DNA of 63,725 nt, filler included, from Octopus bimaculoides (Eukaryota): assembly GCF_001194135.2 (NCBI RefSeq). It is 5 parts of 5 records of this genome, joined end to end, with 100 filler letters (N's around TTAATTAATTAA, not from the genome) between each part and the next. Parts side by side here need not be neighbours in the genome. Positions count along the whole stretch, not along the records: positions 1 to 26,361 come from NC_068989.1; 4 more parts are not named here. The stretch is one strand, 5' to 3'. The notes beneath the pieces were generated by a model that was given only the letters and a program-made list of their open reading frames with translations, was not told the DNA's origin and made no database searches. Shown here piece by piece: positions 1-13,494 of the stretch. The position numbers were made by a program, and so were the translations under genes. The stretch's first letter is position 1, and the number at the start of each line of letters is the position of its first letter.

Positions 1-27
1 ATATATGTATGTATGTATGTATGAATG

Positions 28-76
<49 letters not shown>

Positions 77-339
77 GTGTGTGTGTGTGTATACATATGC
101 ATGGGTAGGAAGGTAATTATGCACGCTTATATGTTTGTGAGAATGTGTACATAGCCATATACGTATATACATTCATACATACATGGCGGTGAATGTCTGA
201 ATATATATGTATGCACATTTAGATACAGAGATGTACGAGTAAGAGATGTACACGTGAGAGTATTAAATATATGTTGAAAGACCTTATGTAATCTGAAACT
301 GATAATTAACTACATCGCTAATCCTTTCCTTTTTTTACA

Positions 340-390
<51 letters not shown>

Positions 391-991
391 GTGTACGTAA
401 ATACATATATACAATAGATATATATAATATATATAAAGACATATATGCATCCATGTAAGTGTTTCTATATGTACACACATACATATATAAAAACATATAT
501 TTATCTATCTATGTTCATATGTATCTACGTTTATACATCTATACACACACACACACACACACATACACACACACACACACACTCACAAATACACACACAC
601 AGAAGATGATGAAGAAGTATTTGAATTCCTAATGAAGCATCACAGCGGCTTCCGTTCCCTCGGAGATATTTTATAACTGTTCTTAAATTATTTACTTATT
701 TATCACATGTGCATCTTCACATGGCTGAGGTCACTCTTGCAAGATGTCTTCCTGAAACTACGTCGCCATTACGTTAATAGATACCGCATCATAAGAGAAA
801 GGTGGGCATCGTTGATTTAGAATTCTCGACTGCTGGACTACAGATTAAACTGAGCATGAGCACCTGTCGAAAACTGCAAGATATCTTAGTTCGCATTCAG
901 CAACATCGTAACTTCAAATTTGCTGCTTTATCAAAGAGATAATCTCTATACTCCTTCACTCTCTCTCTCTCACTTCTCTCCCTCTTTCTCT

Positions 992-1034
<43 letters not shown>

Positions 1035-3730
1035 CTCTCTCTCTTTCTCCGTGTACGCACACGCATGCGTGTATAAACATCTATACCTGCATACATATAT
1101 GTATGCATATATACGTGTGTATGTGTGTACGTTTGATAACACTTACGTCAATATACACACACACACATATTGTTATTGTTAATTTCATTCTTAAATTAGA
1201 TACGTCTTATCCATGCATCACCTTTACATCGCCTTAACATATTACATACCTGTCTTACCGAAGATACCAGTCATGCACTGGTGACAAAAGTATTGACTAA
1301 CACTAAACTGAAACCCATTCCTTCAAATTGCTTCAAACATTGCGGACCTTATTCTTAACAGTTTTACTATCCTGTACATCATGTAATACACAGGGACATA
1401 TTTCCCTGGCGCTCATGCATCATATATAATACACATATTCCCAGTTTTTTTTTTAAACTGACAGAGTAACTTTCATCTAACAGAGCAAAGGTTTCATTAT
1501 AAAATGAAAGCTTTATATTATTCAGAACGTATGAAACAAGGACTAATTGAAAGTCAGAAAACAAGCGTTGTCGTTTATATGAAAATATCTTAGACAGACA
1601 AAGCGTAAAATTACAAGCTAAGATACAATAAGATACACATTAACATACAATAAGAAATACTTAATACGTTTATTCAACATGCTAGAAACGGCAGTCAAAT
1701 CTTCTTCAAAACCAAACTTGCAAGTTTAAAAAGAACACATCTGATAATGCATTGCTAGTTACTATGCTTCATTGAAAAAACAGGATGTTCAAGTGCAGAC
1801 TGATTTTTTTATCATTGTGCTCGACCAAGACTGTCTCGGGGCTAAACAACAAATACGACAACCAAGGCAGTTAAATTTATTAATAATAAAAGCATCACGT
1901 GATAGTGTTTGCATGCTACCTGCAGGTGTCTCTTAATATAGGTGTGTATGAGTATAAGGTATGTACGTATATATATGTGTCATTCACGTGCATGTTTGTA
2001 GGGGTGTGAATGCGTTGGAAGGTCTCACGTTGAATATTGTAATCCTCGATTATTATCTCCATATCAAATAAAATATTATGAGATTTAATGTACACCAATT
2101 TATGTGTGTGCATGTGTGTGTATGTTTGTGTGTGTGTGTGTGTTTGTATGTGTGTGTGAGTATGCGTGAGTAAAGAGAGAGAGACAGAAAGAGAGAGATT
2201 GGTAGATAGATATGTAACTACAATAGCAAATGCATACGCAGACGTGCGCTTGAAGACACAAGCTCTTACACAAAAATCTTTCTTAAAGATTTTGTTAACA
2301 TAATTTTTTAGTTTAAAAATTCATGTGTGTGCGTGTGTGTACGCGCGCGCGCGTGTATATAGATATTTCTATGGAGACACACGCACACACATACATACAT
2401 AAATACATATTCACATACATACATCACGAACGCTGCTATGAGAGCGACATCATTTGTGACTATGTGGATGATTTTCCTAAAAAACAATGCTTTATATATA
2501 TATATATATATATATAACCATATATCCGTCTTCCTCCGTCTTCCTTTCTCTTGGACTTTCCTTCGTCTTTGATCGAAACGTGGAACTACTTTTCTTTCCT
2601 TCCCTGAGCGTCTGTTAATATTTTGCATGTACCATGTGCNNNNNNNNNNNNNNNNNNNNNNNNNNNNNNNNNNNNNNNNNNNNNNNNNNNNNNNNNNNNN
2701 NNNNNNNNNNNNNNNNNNNNNNNNNNNNNNNNNNNNNNNNNNNNNNNNNNNNNNNNNNNNNNNNNNNNNNNNNNNNNNNNNNNNNNNNNNNNNNNNNNNN
2801 NNNNNNNNNNNNNNNNNNNNNNNNNNNNNNNNNNNNNNNNNNNNNNNNNNNNNNNNNNNNNNNNNNNNNNNNNNNNNNNNNNNNNNNNNNNNNNNNNNNN
2901 NNNNNNNNNNNNNNNNNNNNNNNNNNNNNNNNNNNNNNNNNNNNNNNNNNNNNNNNNNNNNNNNNNNNNNNNNNNNNNNNNNNNNNNNNNNNNNNNNNNN
3001 NNNNNNNNNNNNNNNNNNNNNNNNNNNNNNNNNNNNNNNNNNNNNNNNNNNNNNNNNNNNNNNNNNNNNNNNNNNNNNNNNNNNNNNNNNNNNNNNNNNN
3101 NNNNNNNNNNNNNNNNNNNNNNNNNNNNNNNNNNNNNNNNNNNNNNNNNNNNNNNNNNNNNNNNNNNNNNNNNNNNNNNNNNNNNNNNNNNNNNNNNNNN
3201 NNNNNNNNNNNNNNNNNNNNNNNNNNNNNNNNNNNNNNNNNNNNNNNNNNNNNNATATATATATATATGCGACGAGCTTTTTTCAGTTTCCCTCTACCAA
3301 ATTCACTCACAAGGTTTTGGTCGGCCCGAAGCTATAGTAGAAGATAATTGCCCAAGTTGCCACGCAGTTATTACATGACTGGTCGATGTTCATTCACCTG
3401 GCGAATATTCATCAAATTTCGTCCTTGATTCAGGTTCTTCTGAGTAACAAAGAGGAACAGCCTTAAAGATATAAGATGAATATGTGAAGAAATTTTCAAT
3501 ATCTATAGGTTAAGTTTTCTTTTGATTACACATCGTTCCCATTTTGTATCTTATATGAGATTGTCTTCAAAATGCATAAACCCATTGAATATATGCTCAA
3601 AATATTTATTATCAGTAAGACCTCAATATCACTGGTTTTCTGCCTTCAAAACATTTAATATTTGTCGAAGAGAACACTCTCACTGTTCAACAAGCTTTGA
3701 ATACAATACCCAAGTTTCGCAGTCATAGTT

Positions 3731-4130
3731 TTTATCTTTTACCGCGTACTTGTTTCAATAGTTAGACCGGGACCATGCTGGAGCACAGCATTGAAGAATT
3801 TTAGCCTAACGAATCTATCCCAATATTTATCTTTAAGTCTGGCACATATAGTACAGGTCACTTTTCGCCGAGCTGCTAAGTTCCGGGAACGTAAGCAAAC
3901 CAACACCAGTTGTGAAGCGGACAAAAACACGCACACGCACACGCACACACACACACACACACACAATCATATTTATACAACAGGTTTCAGTTTCCGTCTA
4001 CCAAATCTACTCACAAGGCTTTGGTTTGTCGGCGGTTATGGAAGAAGACACTTTCTCAAAGTACTATACTATTGAAACTTGAACCCGGAACCATGTGGTC
4101 GGCAAGCATACTTTTTAATGAAGCAGCCAT
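3731..4130 (-). mobile_element. SINE family A, diverged full-length
   Basis: Same head, core and tail order with internal (CA)n. A partial head also lies at 3268-3370. Confidence 0.72.
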
Positions 4131-5859
4131 TTATGATGTACATCTAAAAGATTGATATTTTAATATCATTTTTAATAACTCGTTGAGAACATGAAGATTG
4201 ACTTTTTTCTAGGTTTTGCATGACTTCTAGCAATTTAGTTATCATGATTTACATCCCTATTTAACATGCTGCCAGAAAATTTGAATGAAGAAAATATTTT
4301 TCAACAGTTTTATCGTGATTTATTGTGACACCTAACATGCTACATACCAATGAAATTTTACACGTAAGAGCTGGAAGATCTTTTTCACTGTGTGCGACGC
4401 TACTACGACTATCATCGAAGAAGAGGTCTCCTGTCAGAGATACAAAAGTGTTTGATTTAGAATCGAGTAGTTTGTTAGGGTATATAAAAATTATTGGTGC
4501 TGTCTGAGGGAGTTTAGAGAAACTTTGATTTAAATGGCCAACTGTTAGTGGTGTGAAACAACACACACACACACATAAACGCGCATTTATACACACACAC
4601 ACACATATGAATATACAATTATAGATCTACGCATTTATGTCGTAAAAAAAAGTATCTTTAATGTAGCGATGTCTAGCACGAAAATAATAGTTCAAAAATT
4701 ATTTAATGTGAATAAGTATATATTTTAACAGCTTTGCTGAGAAACACTATTTTTAAGATCAAAATTCCGAAAATTCCGTAATTTTCGATTATTACTGAGC
4801 TGTGTAATCCGGCTAATGCTGGAACAGATTTTGTCCTAACTCCTTTTTGCCGTCTGAGACGATAAGTGGAATTATTAATTTGATGTACGCAATAAAAAAA
4901 AAATGACCAATCGCAAGGAACCAAGAAGAGAGAGCTACCCGGTTACTTCCTTACTAAAATGTAAAAAACAATCTTTCTTCAGATGACATACAAACGTCTT
5001 TTTAATTGAAATGGAAATCAAAAATATATAGCAAAGCAAATATATAGTGTAGTTTTAGATATATTATGTCTAAGAAAAAAATGAAACTGTCTCGGATAGA
5101 ATACCGTTTAATCAAATGTCTGTTCAGTTAGGGCTGAGTCGAGGGACAAACAACAAGAAAACATCTATTTTGCCATGATCAACTTTGCCTTTTATCCATT
5201 TTTGGGGTTGATATAAAGGTCCCGATTCAAGCCAAACCGGCGAACTGGTGGAACTGTAAGTACGACGGACGGAATACCTTGTGTATTAGTCATGTATGTG
5301 TTAGTTTGTAGCTTCGAATCTTGGTCTAAGTGGAGCATTGGGCCCTTGAGCAAAGCACTTCACTTCACGTTGCTGAGCTGAATAGGTGTACCAGTGGCAC
5401 CTTTTGGTTAACACTGCAACAAACTAACTGCCCATTCAGTAGGGAGTTTTGTGTTCTCTGTTCAAACCTTTTGATAATCCAGTTTAGCTCCGAAGTCATG
5501 AGTCTGAGTAGATTCGAGACAAAAAGGACAAAGAAAAAGGGAAAGATATACGAGAAAAATGAGATAATTCTATCATATCTGCCAACGTAATGTTGTGCTG
5601 GGCTCTAACCAAAGAGGTTTTGATTATTAAATGAGACACAAGCGCTATTACGAAAAAAATCAAGGACCTTCAAATAGTTTATCAGATAACAATGACTACA
5701 AGATTAAGGGATAGTGTAGCAGTGGTAGAGTAGACGGAGAGGAGAGGAACAGTCTGTGTGAGATAATGAGTAGTTGAGTAAACAATCATTCGTTACTTGT
5801 GTGTCATTTTTGATGTGGATTAGAATATTTCAATATTAGCAATTCTGCAGTCTTAGGTA

Positions 5860-5978
5860 CAGTCGTGACCAAAACTTTGGAACATAGTTCTGAAAATTAG
5901 AATATATACGTTGTATATATTGGGGCATAACAATTTTAAGTTTTATCAAAAATGTCCCAAACTTTTTGGCCACAACTG
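5860..5978. mobile_element. 119-bp Tc1-type MITE
   Basis: TIRs CAGTCGTGACCAAAACTTTGGAACA and CAGTTGTGGCCAAAAAGTTTGGGACA; TA on both sides. Confidence 0.75.
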
Positions 5979-6512
5979 TATGTGACCATTTAAGTACGAG
6001 TGTGTGTTGACGATCCTGTGTAAAAAAAGAAAAACAATGAGAGAAGAGAGAGCAGAACGTGCATAAGTGTGTGCCAGCGTGTATCTGGGTGTGTTTAAAG
6101 AAAGTAAATGAGACGGTGAGAGATAGTGAAAGAGAAGCATAAGGTGTGGAGTATATGGCTGCACACCCTTTTTTTGTTTTTTTTTTAAGGAGCAAAATCT
6201 GTAAATGCAGAAATCTAGTGCTTATCATAATTTATTCAATGTGGGAATTAAATGTTTTATACTGATTTCGTTTTTGTATTTCGAATATCGTAAGCAAATG
6301 AAGTGAGGCCTTCTAGTTGCTTTTCCAGTGGCAGGAAGTTTTAGCTGGCTGTGTGAAAAACAATTTGAAAGAAAGAAGAGTCGATGAACTGAACGTAAGT
6401 ATTAGAGTTCTCAGAACGTGAAAGTGAAAGTAAAAGAGAGAAAGCAAGAGGGNNNNNNNNNNNNNNNNNNNNNNNNNNNNNNNNNNNNNNNNNNNNNNNN
6501 NNNNNNNNNNNN

Positions 6513-6554
<42 letters not shown>

Positions 6555-6624
6555 TAATATGTGTGTATTTCTGAATGTTGTCTTGGAGAAGGTGGAGAAG
6601 GTGGAGGGCGAAGGGGGGATGAAA

Positions 6625-7545
6625 AGGAGTAGGAGTAGGGGAAGGAGCAGTAGGAGATGGGGCAGTAGGAGAAGGGGAAGTAGGAGAAGGAGGAGTAGGA
6701 GTAGGAGGAGTAGGAGAAGGAGGAGTAGGAGAAGGAGGAGTAGGAGAAGGAGGAGTAGGAGAAGGAGGAGTAGGGGAAGGAGGAGTAGGGGAAGGAGGAG
6801 TAGGAGAAGGAGGAGTAGGAGAAGGAGGAGTAAGAGAAGGAGGAGTAAGAGAAGGTGCAGTAGGAGAAGGAGGAGTAAGAGAAGGAGGAGTAAGAGAAGG
6901 AGGAGTAGGAGAAGGAGGAGTAGGAGAAGGAGGAGTAGGAGAAGGAAGAGTAGGAGAAGGAGGAGTAGGAGAAGGAGGAGTAGGGGAAGGAGGAGTAGGA
7001 GAAGGAGGAGTAGGAGAAGGAGGAGTAGGAGAAGGAGGAGTAAGAGAAGGGGGAGTAGGAGAAGGAGGAGTAAGGGAAGGAGGAGTAGGAGAAGGAGGAG
7101 TAGGAGGAGTAGGAGAAGGAGGAGGAGGAGGAGGAGTAGGAGAAGGCGGAGTAGGAGAAGGCGCAGTAGGAGAAGGAGGAGTAAGAGAAGGAGGAGTAGG
7201 GGAAAGAGCAGTAGGAGATGGGGAAGTAGGAGAAGGAGGAGTAGGAGAAGGAGGAGTAGGAGAAGGAGGAGTAGGAGAAGGGGCAGTAGGAGAAGGAGCA
7301 GTAGGAGAAGGAGGAGTAAGAGAAGGAGGACGAGGAGAAGGAGGAGTAGGAGAAGGAGGACGAGGAGAAGGAGGAGTAAGAGAAGGAGGAGTAGGAGAAG
7401 AAGCAGTAGGAGAAGGAGGAGTAAGAGAAGGAGGAGTAAGAGAAGGAGGAGTAGGAGAAGGAGGTAAAGGTGCTGGAGAAGAAGGAATTGGAGGAGGAGG
7501 AAGTGGAGGAGGAGGAAGTGGAGGACAAGGAGGAGGTGGGAATAG
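6625..7545. repeat. Purine-rich 15-bp minisatellite (GGAGTAGGAGAAGGA)n
   Basis: About 0.9 kb tandem array with point variants, directly visible. Confidence 0.95.
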
Positions 7546-7650
7546 GTAATCTGTATATGTAGAAAGATCAAGTGCCAGACAGGGTGGGGGAAGTGATAGC
7601 GAAAGGAAATAGATAACGTGTGTGTGTGTGCCTGTGTGTGTGCCTGTGTG

Positions 7651-7694
<44 letters not shown>

Positions 7695-7728
7695 TGTGTG
7701 TGTGTGTGTGTGTGTNNNNNNNNNNNNN

Positions 7729-7787
<59 letters not shown>

Positions 7788-8002
7788 TGTGTGTGTATGT
7801 GAGAGAGAAATTAGAGAGGAACATTGGAAGTAAAGGGAGAGAATCAATGAAGCGAAGAACGATGACAAAACACTTCTAAAAAGAAGAGGGTCACACAGAG
7901 AGAGGGAGGGAGGAAGAAAAGGTATGAGTAGGAGAGAAAAACAGAGAGTGAGTGACACAATGCGTGTGTGTGTGTATATCTACATGTCTACTTGTGTGTA
8001 CC

Positions 8003-8114
<112 letters not shown>

Positions 8115-8370
8115 GAAGAGAGAGAGACACAGACAGAATACACATATGTATATATACACATAAGTGCCCATGGAGATATACAGACACACACCCATCCACA
8201 CACACAGATAGGAATGTAAACGTAAGCGCTGATAGAAAAGTTTGTCCTGTTTAGGCGTTCATTTTGTATTTTCGGTTGATATAACAACACGGAAGCGAGG
8301 ATAAGCACCGGCGGGATTAATAACCCTATCGGCCAGACAGACAGACAGACAGACATATAGATATATAGAT

Positions 8371-8401
<31 letters not shown>

Positions 8402-8504
8402 CCACAAGGGTGTATAAGTCCCTTGGCTACGATAGATATGCTAATGACAACTATTGAGACGGAAACACGTGTTCACAATTGTCCTCTAAAATCTCCGAGC
8501 AATA

Positions 8505-8870
8505 TGCTTCTCAACTGTATGGTCTTGGGTTCAATCCCATGGCGTAGTACTTTGGACAAGTGTCTTGTACTACTGTCCCAACCAATCAAAGTCTTGTAAG
8601 TGCATTTCGTAGACGGAAACAGAAACAGACCCAAAGTATATATGTGCGTGTGAGTCTGTGTGTGTGTGTGTAAATGTGTGCGTGTATCTATGAGTATGTG
8701 TCTTTGCTTGACAACAGGTGGTAGGCTGTTTACTTCTGCGTAACATAGCGGCTTGGCAAAAAAGACCGAAAGAATACGTACTAGTCTTAAAAACATAAAT
8801 ACTGGATTCGACTAAAAATTTCAAGGGCAGTGCCCCAGCATGAGCGCAGACCAATAAGTGAAACAATTAA
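8505..8870 (+). mobile_element. SINE family A, diverged
   Basis: GGGTTCAATCCC head, TTTGGACAAGTG core, GGCAGTGCCCCAGCATG tail. Confidence 0.65.
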
Positions 8871-9969
8871 GGATACACACANNNNNNNNNNNNNNNNNNN
8901 NNNNNNNNNNNNNNNNNNNNNNNNNNNNNNNNNNNNNNNNNNNNNNNNNNNNNNNNNNNNNNNNNNNNNNNNNNNNNNNNNNNNNNNNNNNNNNNNNNNN
9001 NNNNNNNNNNNNNNNNNNNNNNNNNNNNNNNNNNNNNNNNNNNNNNNNNNNNNNNNNNNNNNNNNNNNNNNNNNNNNNNNNNNNNNNNNNNNNNNNNNNN
9101 NNNNNNNNNNNNNNNNNNNNNNNNNNNNNNNNNNNNNNNNNNNNNNNNNNNNNNNNNNNNNNNNNNNNNNNNNNNNNNNNNNNNNNNNNNNNNNNNNNNN
9201 NNNNNNNNNNNNNNNNNNNNNNNNNNNNNNNNNNNNNNNNNNNNNNNNNNNNNNNNNNNNNNNNNNNNNNNNNNNNNNNNNNNNNNNNNNNNNNNNNNNN
9301 NNNNNNNNNNNNNNNNNNNNNNNNNNNNNNNNNNNNNNNNNNNNNNNNNNNNNNNNNNNNNNNNNNNNNNNNNNNNNNNNNNNNNNNNNNNNNNNNNNNN
9401 NNNTATATATATATATATATATCTACATGAGAGAGAGAGAGAAAGAAAGAAAGAGACAGACAGACAGAGAGAGAGAGAGAGAGATGGACAAAAAGACAGA
9501 CAGACAGGCACAGAGGGTGGAGAAGAAGAGAAAGTTATGAGATGATATGAAATATGAGAAAAAGTTTAGCACGAGCAAAGTGACTTTTATTGTATTTTGG
9601 TTCTTGTTTTCTTATTTGTATTTAATATATTTATTTATGACTTTCCAGATGAGAGATATTGAACAGTACAAGGTGGAGAGTCGTATTTAAGCTATTTGTA
9701 ATAAACTAAAAGAAATCCAAGAAAGAAAAGATGATTAAAGCAATAAAAACTGCCGCACAAATACTAAGGAGTAAACAAACGAACAAATACCTACCCTCTG
9801 TCCTTAACAAATATTAACTGAACTGAAGGAGGGCATTGAAGCAGAAACAAATTCATTTTGCTTTTATCGTCGGTTACGCTTTTCTTCCTAAAATTATTAA
9901 TTATTGTTGAAAATGTGAGTATGAATGGCGTGAATGGCCTACGTAAACGGACATGCACTTAAGTTTACC

Positions 9970-10175
9970 AAAGATCATGTGGTGGAGGGGGCACAAAGAT
10001 CATGTGGTGGAGAGGGCACAAAATCATGTGGTGGAGAGGGCACAGATCACACAGATCATGTGGTAGAGAGGGCACAATGATCATGTGGTGGAGAGGGCAC
10101 AAAGATCATGTGGTGGAGAGGGCACAAAAATCATGTGGTGGAGAGGGTACAGATCATGTGGTAGAGAGGGCACAA
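9970..10175. repeat. About 25-bp minisatellite, 8 units (AAAGATCATGTGGTGGAGAGGGCAC)
   Basis: Directly visible tandem units without spacers. Confidence 0.95.
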
Positions 10176-10545
10176 ATTCTTGGTAATTAGGTTATTCCTG
10201 TATCCGTAGGTAGTGCTTGATTAAAGTTAACTGATTCCCGTACTACGACTCACCAGTTATGGCTCCAAATGCTCAAGATTTTCATGATCTATCTGACAAG
10301 ATACCACGACAAGAGAGTAGCAAAAAAAAGCAACAGCTAGTTGTCAATTTTGTAGTTGTGAGGGCACAAGTCTTGATAATTAGGTTAATCCTGTTTCTGT
10401 GAGTAGTACTGGATTAAGGCTAACTAATGCCCTTACCACGACTCAACAGTAGTGACTCCAAATAATCGAAATTTTCATGATCTAACTGGGCTGGCAACAC
10501 ACCATCACAAAACAGCTGAAAAAAAGAACTGCTAGTTGTCAGTCG
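10166..10545. repeat. Diverged tandem duplication, about 194-bp period
   Basis: GAGGGCACAA..TAATTAGGTTA.TCCTGT..ACGACTCA.CAG..TTTTCATGATCTA..GCTAGTTGTCA at 10166 and 10360. Confidence 0.85.
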
Positions 10546-11436
10546 TAGACTAGTAGAGCTTGGTACTATGTACTGTACTTTTGTTAATTAATTTAGATGT
10601 CCGTGTAGTCGGGAGCACTACACTCTAGTCACTTTGACGGCTCTCCCACCTAAGATCCTGCAAAACATTCTGATAGAGATGGCTGCACCGGCACTCAGCT
10701 GGTGCTCAACTGCAACCGAGCAGACAGAAATAATGAAATCCTTGCGTTGCCTCTCGTAGGAATGGAACCTACGAACTTCATGAACAAAAACTGATTATCC
10801 TAACCAGTCGGCACACACCGTCACAAGGCATAATAAATGCTGATGTAAAATAATTTATCAAAAAATTCAGTTTTGTCCCAGGACTTCTAACAGGCAAGGC
10901 CCAACAACTGTGTTAAACACAACGCTGTTTTTTCTATTATTTGTTTAATGCTATAATCAATTAAAGCAAATCGTTTTTTATAACTAGGGCAACAGAATGC
11001 AATATGAATATGAATGTCCACCACAGATTTATTTATCTAGCTGCTTCTAATTTAGGCACCATGATTTTGGGAGGACAAGCTTAGGCGATCATACTCCTCC
11101 CAATACGAGAATGGCACTTTGTTTTAAACTACCCCAATCAAATTAAAAGCAAAACTGATCTCGGTGGCATTTGATTCCACAAAGTAAAGAGCTTAAAGAA
11201 AAAAGTACCGGAGTGAATTTGTTCCAATAAACCCATTCAAGTTGGTATTACAGCATGGCCTCAGCCAAATGACTGAAACAAGTAAATGATAAAACATTCG
11301 TGTGTTGAAGCAAATTCTGTTGTGTCTGGGGAGAGTCATTCTCTTTTGGTGCCTTATAATTTAACACACTCATCGGAAAAAATTTCCTCTTATTTTTTTT
11401 TTTTTTTTNNNNNNNNNNNNNNNNNNNNNNNNNNNN

Positions 11437-11477
<41 letters not shown>

Positions 11478-12112
11478 TAAATGAAAGACGGAAGATGGAA
11501 GATATGAGAATTTTTATTAATCATTACAATTGTTTCGACACCTCTAGCATCGATCCCTCACGGGTAGCATACTTAACGACTGATTCAGAAGCATCCGACG
11601 GTGCAGGTGTGTCTCTTCGAGTGATAAATAGATATAACTAGTTGAAATAACAGTTCCGCAATGTATCTTCTCATTTCGTGTGAAGAAAAGCAGCAGATTA
11701 AAGGATATGTCTTCATTTATATCGAAGATCGATAATAAAATAGCAGATGTAAAAAATAAAGGAACACGCAACACAGCGAGAAAAGTATTAAAAATGACTT
11801 TTAACAAATATGGATGTATAAAGGCCCTCGTGCAAGATCAGGTGCTGAACATATGGCCTATACAAATTATATATCGGGACAATACAAGATAAATCCCGAG
11901 AAAAACGTGAAGAAGGTGGAGGCAAATTTTGGCGTATTTGGAACAGAAGTCATTAAAAGTTGTGAAAGTAACAATCTAATCAATGGTGTTGTTTTTTTCC
12001 TTTTACTGCTACTTATCCTAAAGAAGCAGCTTTAATGCGTTGCATTTTTTCTTATATTTCTAGCAAATCAATGTATAAATGTTTATCGTTGTGCATGTGT
12101 ATATATACATAC

Positions 12113-12155
<43 letters not shown>

Positions 12156-12202
12156 TGCGTCTGTGTGTGTGTGTGTGCGCGTGTGTGTGTAATTTTTTAA
12201 AA

Positions 12203-12430
12203 TCTCTTTTACTTGTTTCAGTCATTAGACTGGAGCTATGCTGTTGCACCGCTTTGAAGAACTTTTAGTCGAATGAATCGACTCCAGTACATATTTATTT
12301 TCACCTTTTAAGTCAGGTACTTATTTTATCGGTCTCCCTTGCCGCACCGCTAAGTTATGGGGACGTAAACACAATAATACCGGTTCTCAAGCAGTGATGG
12401 TGGAACAAACACAGCCACAAACACATACGT
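12203..12430 (-). mobile_element. SINE family A, 3' half
   Basis: Tail module ending at a CA tract. Similar 3' halves at 23950-24170(+), 33885-34110(-), 45255-45445(+), 58850-59055(-), 63505-63590(-). Confidence 0.75.
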
Positions 12431-12574
12431 AAATATATATATAAACACACACACAAATACATAAATACACACACACACATTCATAAATACACACACACAT
12501 GGACACAGATACACACACATATATATGTATGTATGTATGTATCTATCTATCTATCTATATATATATATATATGT

Positions 12575-13494
12575 AATAAATAGTGACAGAAGCAGTATTA
12601 ATACCAAAAGGTAATATATATCTCCCACCAAAAGTGGATGTTCTGTTAGAACAAAGAATACTGCGTTATTTACCATGAAGCGACAGCCGTCCACTAAGTT
12701 CACCGCAACTGACAGATTACGTGATGTCACCCTTCTTTATGCTTGTCAGTTACAAACGTTCAGCGAGTTCATAAAAGCCTAGTCAACTATATATAGAATA
12801 TCAGCGTCTATTGGGGGCACTGGCATCGCAAATAGCCTGTAAGTTATTTTAAAATACAATTAATAGTGACAGAAGAAGTGTTTTTTCTGCTCTAGGCACA
12901 AGGCCCGAAATTTGGAGGAGGGCCAGTCGATTAGATCGACTCCAGTACACAACTGGTACTTAATTTATCGACCCCGAAAGGATGAAAGGCAAAGTCTACC
13001 CCGGCGGAATTTGAACTCAGAACGTAAGCGATAGAAAAGTATTAGTACTAAAAGGTAGTGTTTATCTCCCATCTAAAGTGGGTGTTGTGTTAGAACAGAG
13101 TGTACTGCATTATTTTCCATGAGAGAACCTCTCATATGAACTCGTGGTGCATAAAAACTCTCAGATTTATATGGCTGACTGGTGATAAGCGTCAGTGACT
13201 ATCACTGGAACAACCAGTTCACATACTTTCGCGCTTTCTTGGGCTCGTCAAGAAGAGACGTCCAGCAGGGACACAGGAGCTGATTCTGGCCCCCAACGAT
13301 ATATAGAATATCAATGTTTGTTTTCAGGTACTGGCATCGTGAATAACTTGTAGAGCTATTGAATATTCATTGATAGCACCACAATCCACATGAGAAATCT
13401 TCTCACGGTAAAAAACGCAATATTTTAATTTCTAACTTTAAGTGGGAAATAAATATCACATTTTGGTGCTAATACTGCTTCTGTCGCTATTATT
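12575..13494. mobile_element. Long-TIR non-autonomous element with tandemly duplicated left part
   Basis: AATAGTGACAGAAGCAGTATTA.. at 12579 and 12862; about 100-bp reverse complement at 13395-13494. A SINE B is inserted in the second copy. Confidence 0.6.

Noticed and set aside
6313-7958. 500-aa Pro/Ser, poly-Leu and Arg/Ser ORFs (extensin-, SR- or protamine-like)
   Set aside because: All are readings of one 15-bp minisatellite, open in several frames at once and running through microsatellites and Ns.
9970-10175. CRISPR-like array
   Set aside because: Units are contiguous with no unique spacers, there are no cas genes, and the context is eukaryotic.
10755-10825. tRNA-like sequence on the minus strand (also heads at 50402, 27249 and 62590-62640)
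   Set aside because: Only A/B-box-like motifs, no complete cloverleaf; these are SINE heads.
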